Source of the DNA: Hemiscyllium ocellatum
Lineage: Eukaryota
Assembly: GCF_020745735.1 (NCBI RefSeq)
Contig: NC_083417.1
Coordinates: forward strand, 63,612,001-63,676,000
DNA: 64,000 bases
Reading direction: 5' to 3'
This document shows, in pieces, positions 63,078 through 64,000 of the stretch. The notes beneath the pieces were generated by a model. The model did no database searches. It was not told where the DNA came from and worked only from the letters and a program-made list of their open reading frames with translations. Both the position numbers and the translations under genes were made by a program. Each line of letters opens with the position of its first letter. Position 1 is the stretch's first letter.

Positions 63078-64000
63078 GTAAGTTTATACCTATCCTGCCA
63101 ATGACATTTTAAGTACAACCAATTATTTTGCGTTGATCGGATAAGCTTAAAATCCACTTCAGAACTCATTTAAGTAATTCCTTTGTATGCTCAGTATTTA
63201 TATGGTGCTTTATATATCTCTTGGTGATGTGTAGCAAATTGAAGCATCGGCGCTTGCAAGTAATGAATATTTTCACGTTAGTTTAGATAAATAAATCGCA
63301 CAAAAACCCTTTAATGAGCAAACAAACGCGCCAAGTTCATCCAGATCTAGAAGGAGAGGTTTGCATGTGGAATAAACTTCCTGGGGAAGTGGTGAATGTG
63401 GGTACCATTACAACGTTTAAAAAACGTTTGGATAAGTACATGTATAGGAACACATTGAAGGTCTGTGGGACAGGAATAGCAGATGGGATTAGTTTAGTTT
63501 GTCATTATGTTCGGCATGGAGTATTTGTACTGAAGAGGCTGCTTCTGTGCTGTATGACTGTAGAAGAATTTGGATCTCTTGATCGTTTCAATCCAGTTTG
63601 AGATGCACCAAATTATAGATTTTAATTAATGCTTCTCCAAGTACAAACGGAGAAGATGATTTAGATATAGTTATTGGAACATGGCATTCTATACCTGAAA
63701 AGTGGGGTGCTTTATTCAAACGTAGGAGATCATTTCCATATGGCTATTGGAAGGTGAAACCCCATACCTGAAAATCTGGACGTTTTACTCATATACAATG
63801 TGAAAGAAGGCAACAACGTTTTCAAAAAAGTAAATGAAGGTTTTAGAAAAGACGGGTGAATAGGGCTAAATAGATGCCTGATACTAAGAACATGGACAGA
63901 ACATCAAGGCAATGTTCCATGATTCTCGCACAATATCAACCACGTGACTCGTGAAACAGTGATGAACATTAAATATCGTGCATTCAGAACAATGTTCTAA

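Noticed and set aside
1-64000. CRISPR arrays, rRNA or bona fide tRNA genes
   Set aside because: None seen. The sequence is eukaryotic, and the tRNA-like boxes belong to SINE heads.

Overview
This is eukaryotic, repeat-rich vertebrate DNA. Its repeat content (CR1/HER1-type LINEs, HE1-type SINEs, Penelope-type short elements) points to a shark. Most entries in the ORF track are decayed or antisense transposon sequence. Reading splice sites by hand shows a tandem, + strand cluster of non-rearranging immunoglobulin-superfamily receptor genes with exon order leader / single-exon VJ-type domain / C1-set domain / TM / cytoplasmic. Gene B (29504-34968, ~275 aa) has an Arg inside its TM helix and apparently a very short tail, so it looks activating. 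Gene C (42665-49341) has a neutral TM, an ITSM (TAYAQV) and a membrane-proximal ITIM-like motif with Tyr replaced by Cys (VICTAV), so it looks inhibitory. As assembled, its TM exon is 1 nt out of frame, which would give a secreted V-C1 product. Gene D (57572 to beyond 63077) has a neutral TM and its tail probably continues past the window. Gene A is seen only as a TM exon (6223-6336). The V domains are compact (56-58 residues between the cysteines, similar to shark VNAR) and carry a germline J-like G strand. Together this looks like a paired activating/inhibitory VJ-C1 receptor family of the NKp30/SIRP/antigen-receptor-precursor type. The intergenic DNA also holds a fragmented Gmr1-like (SCAN-capsid) Gypsy element with nested insertions and several Penelope-type elements carrying minimal hammerhead ribozyme motifs. 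Exon boundaries were counted by hand, transposon boundaries are approximate, and no database search was run.
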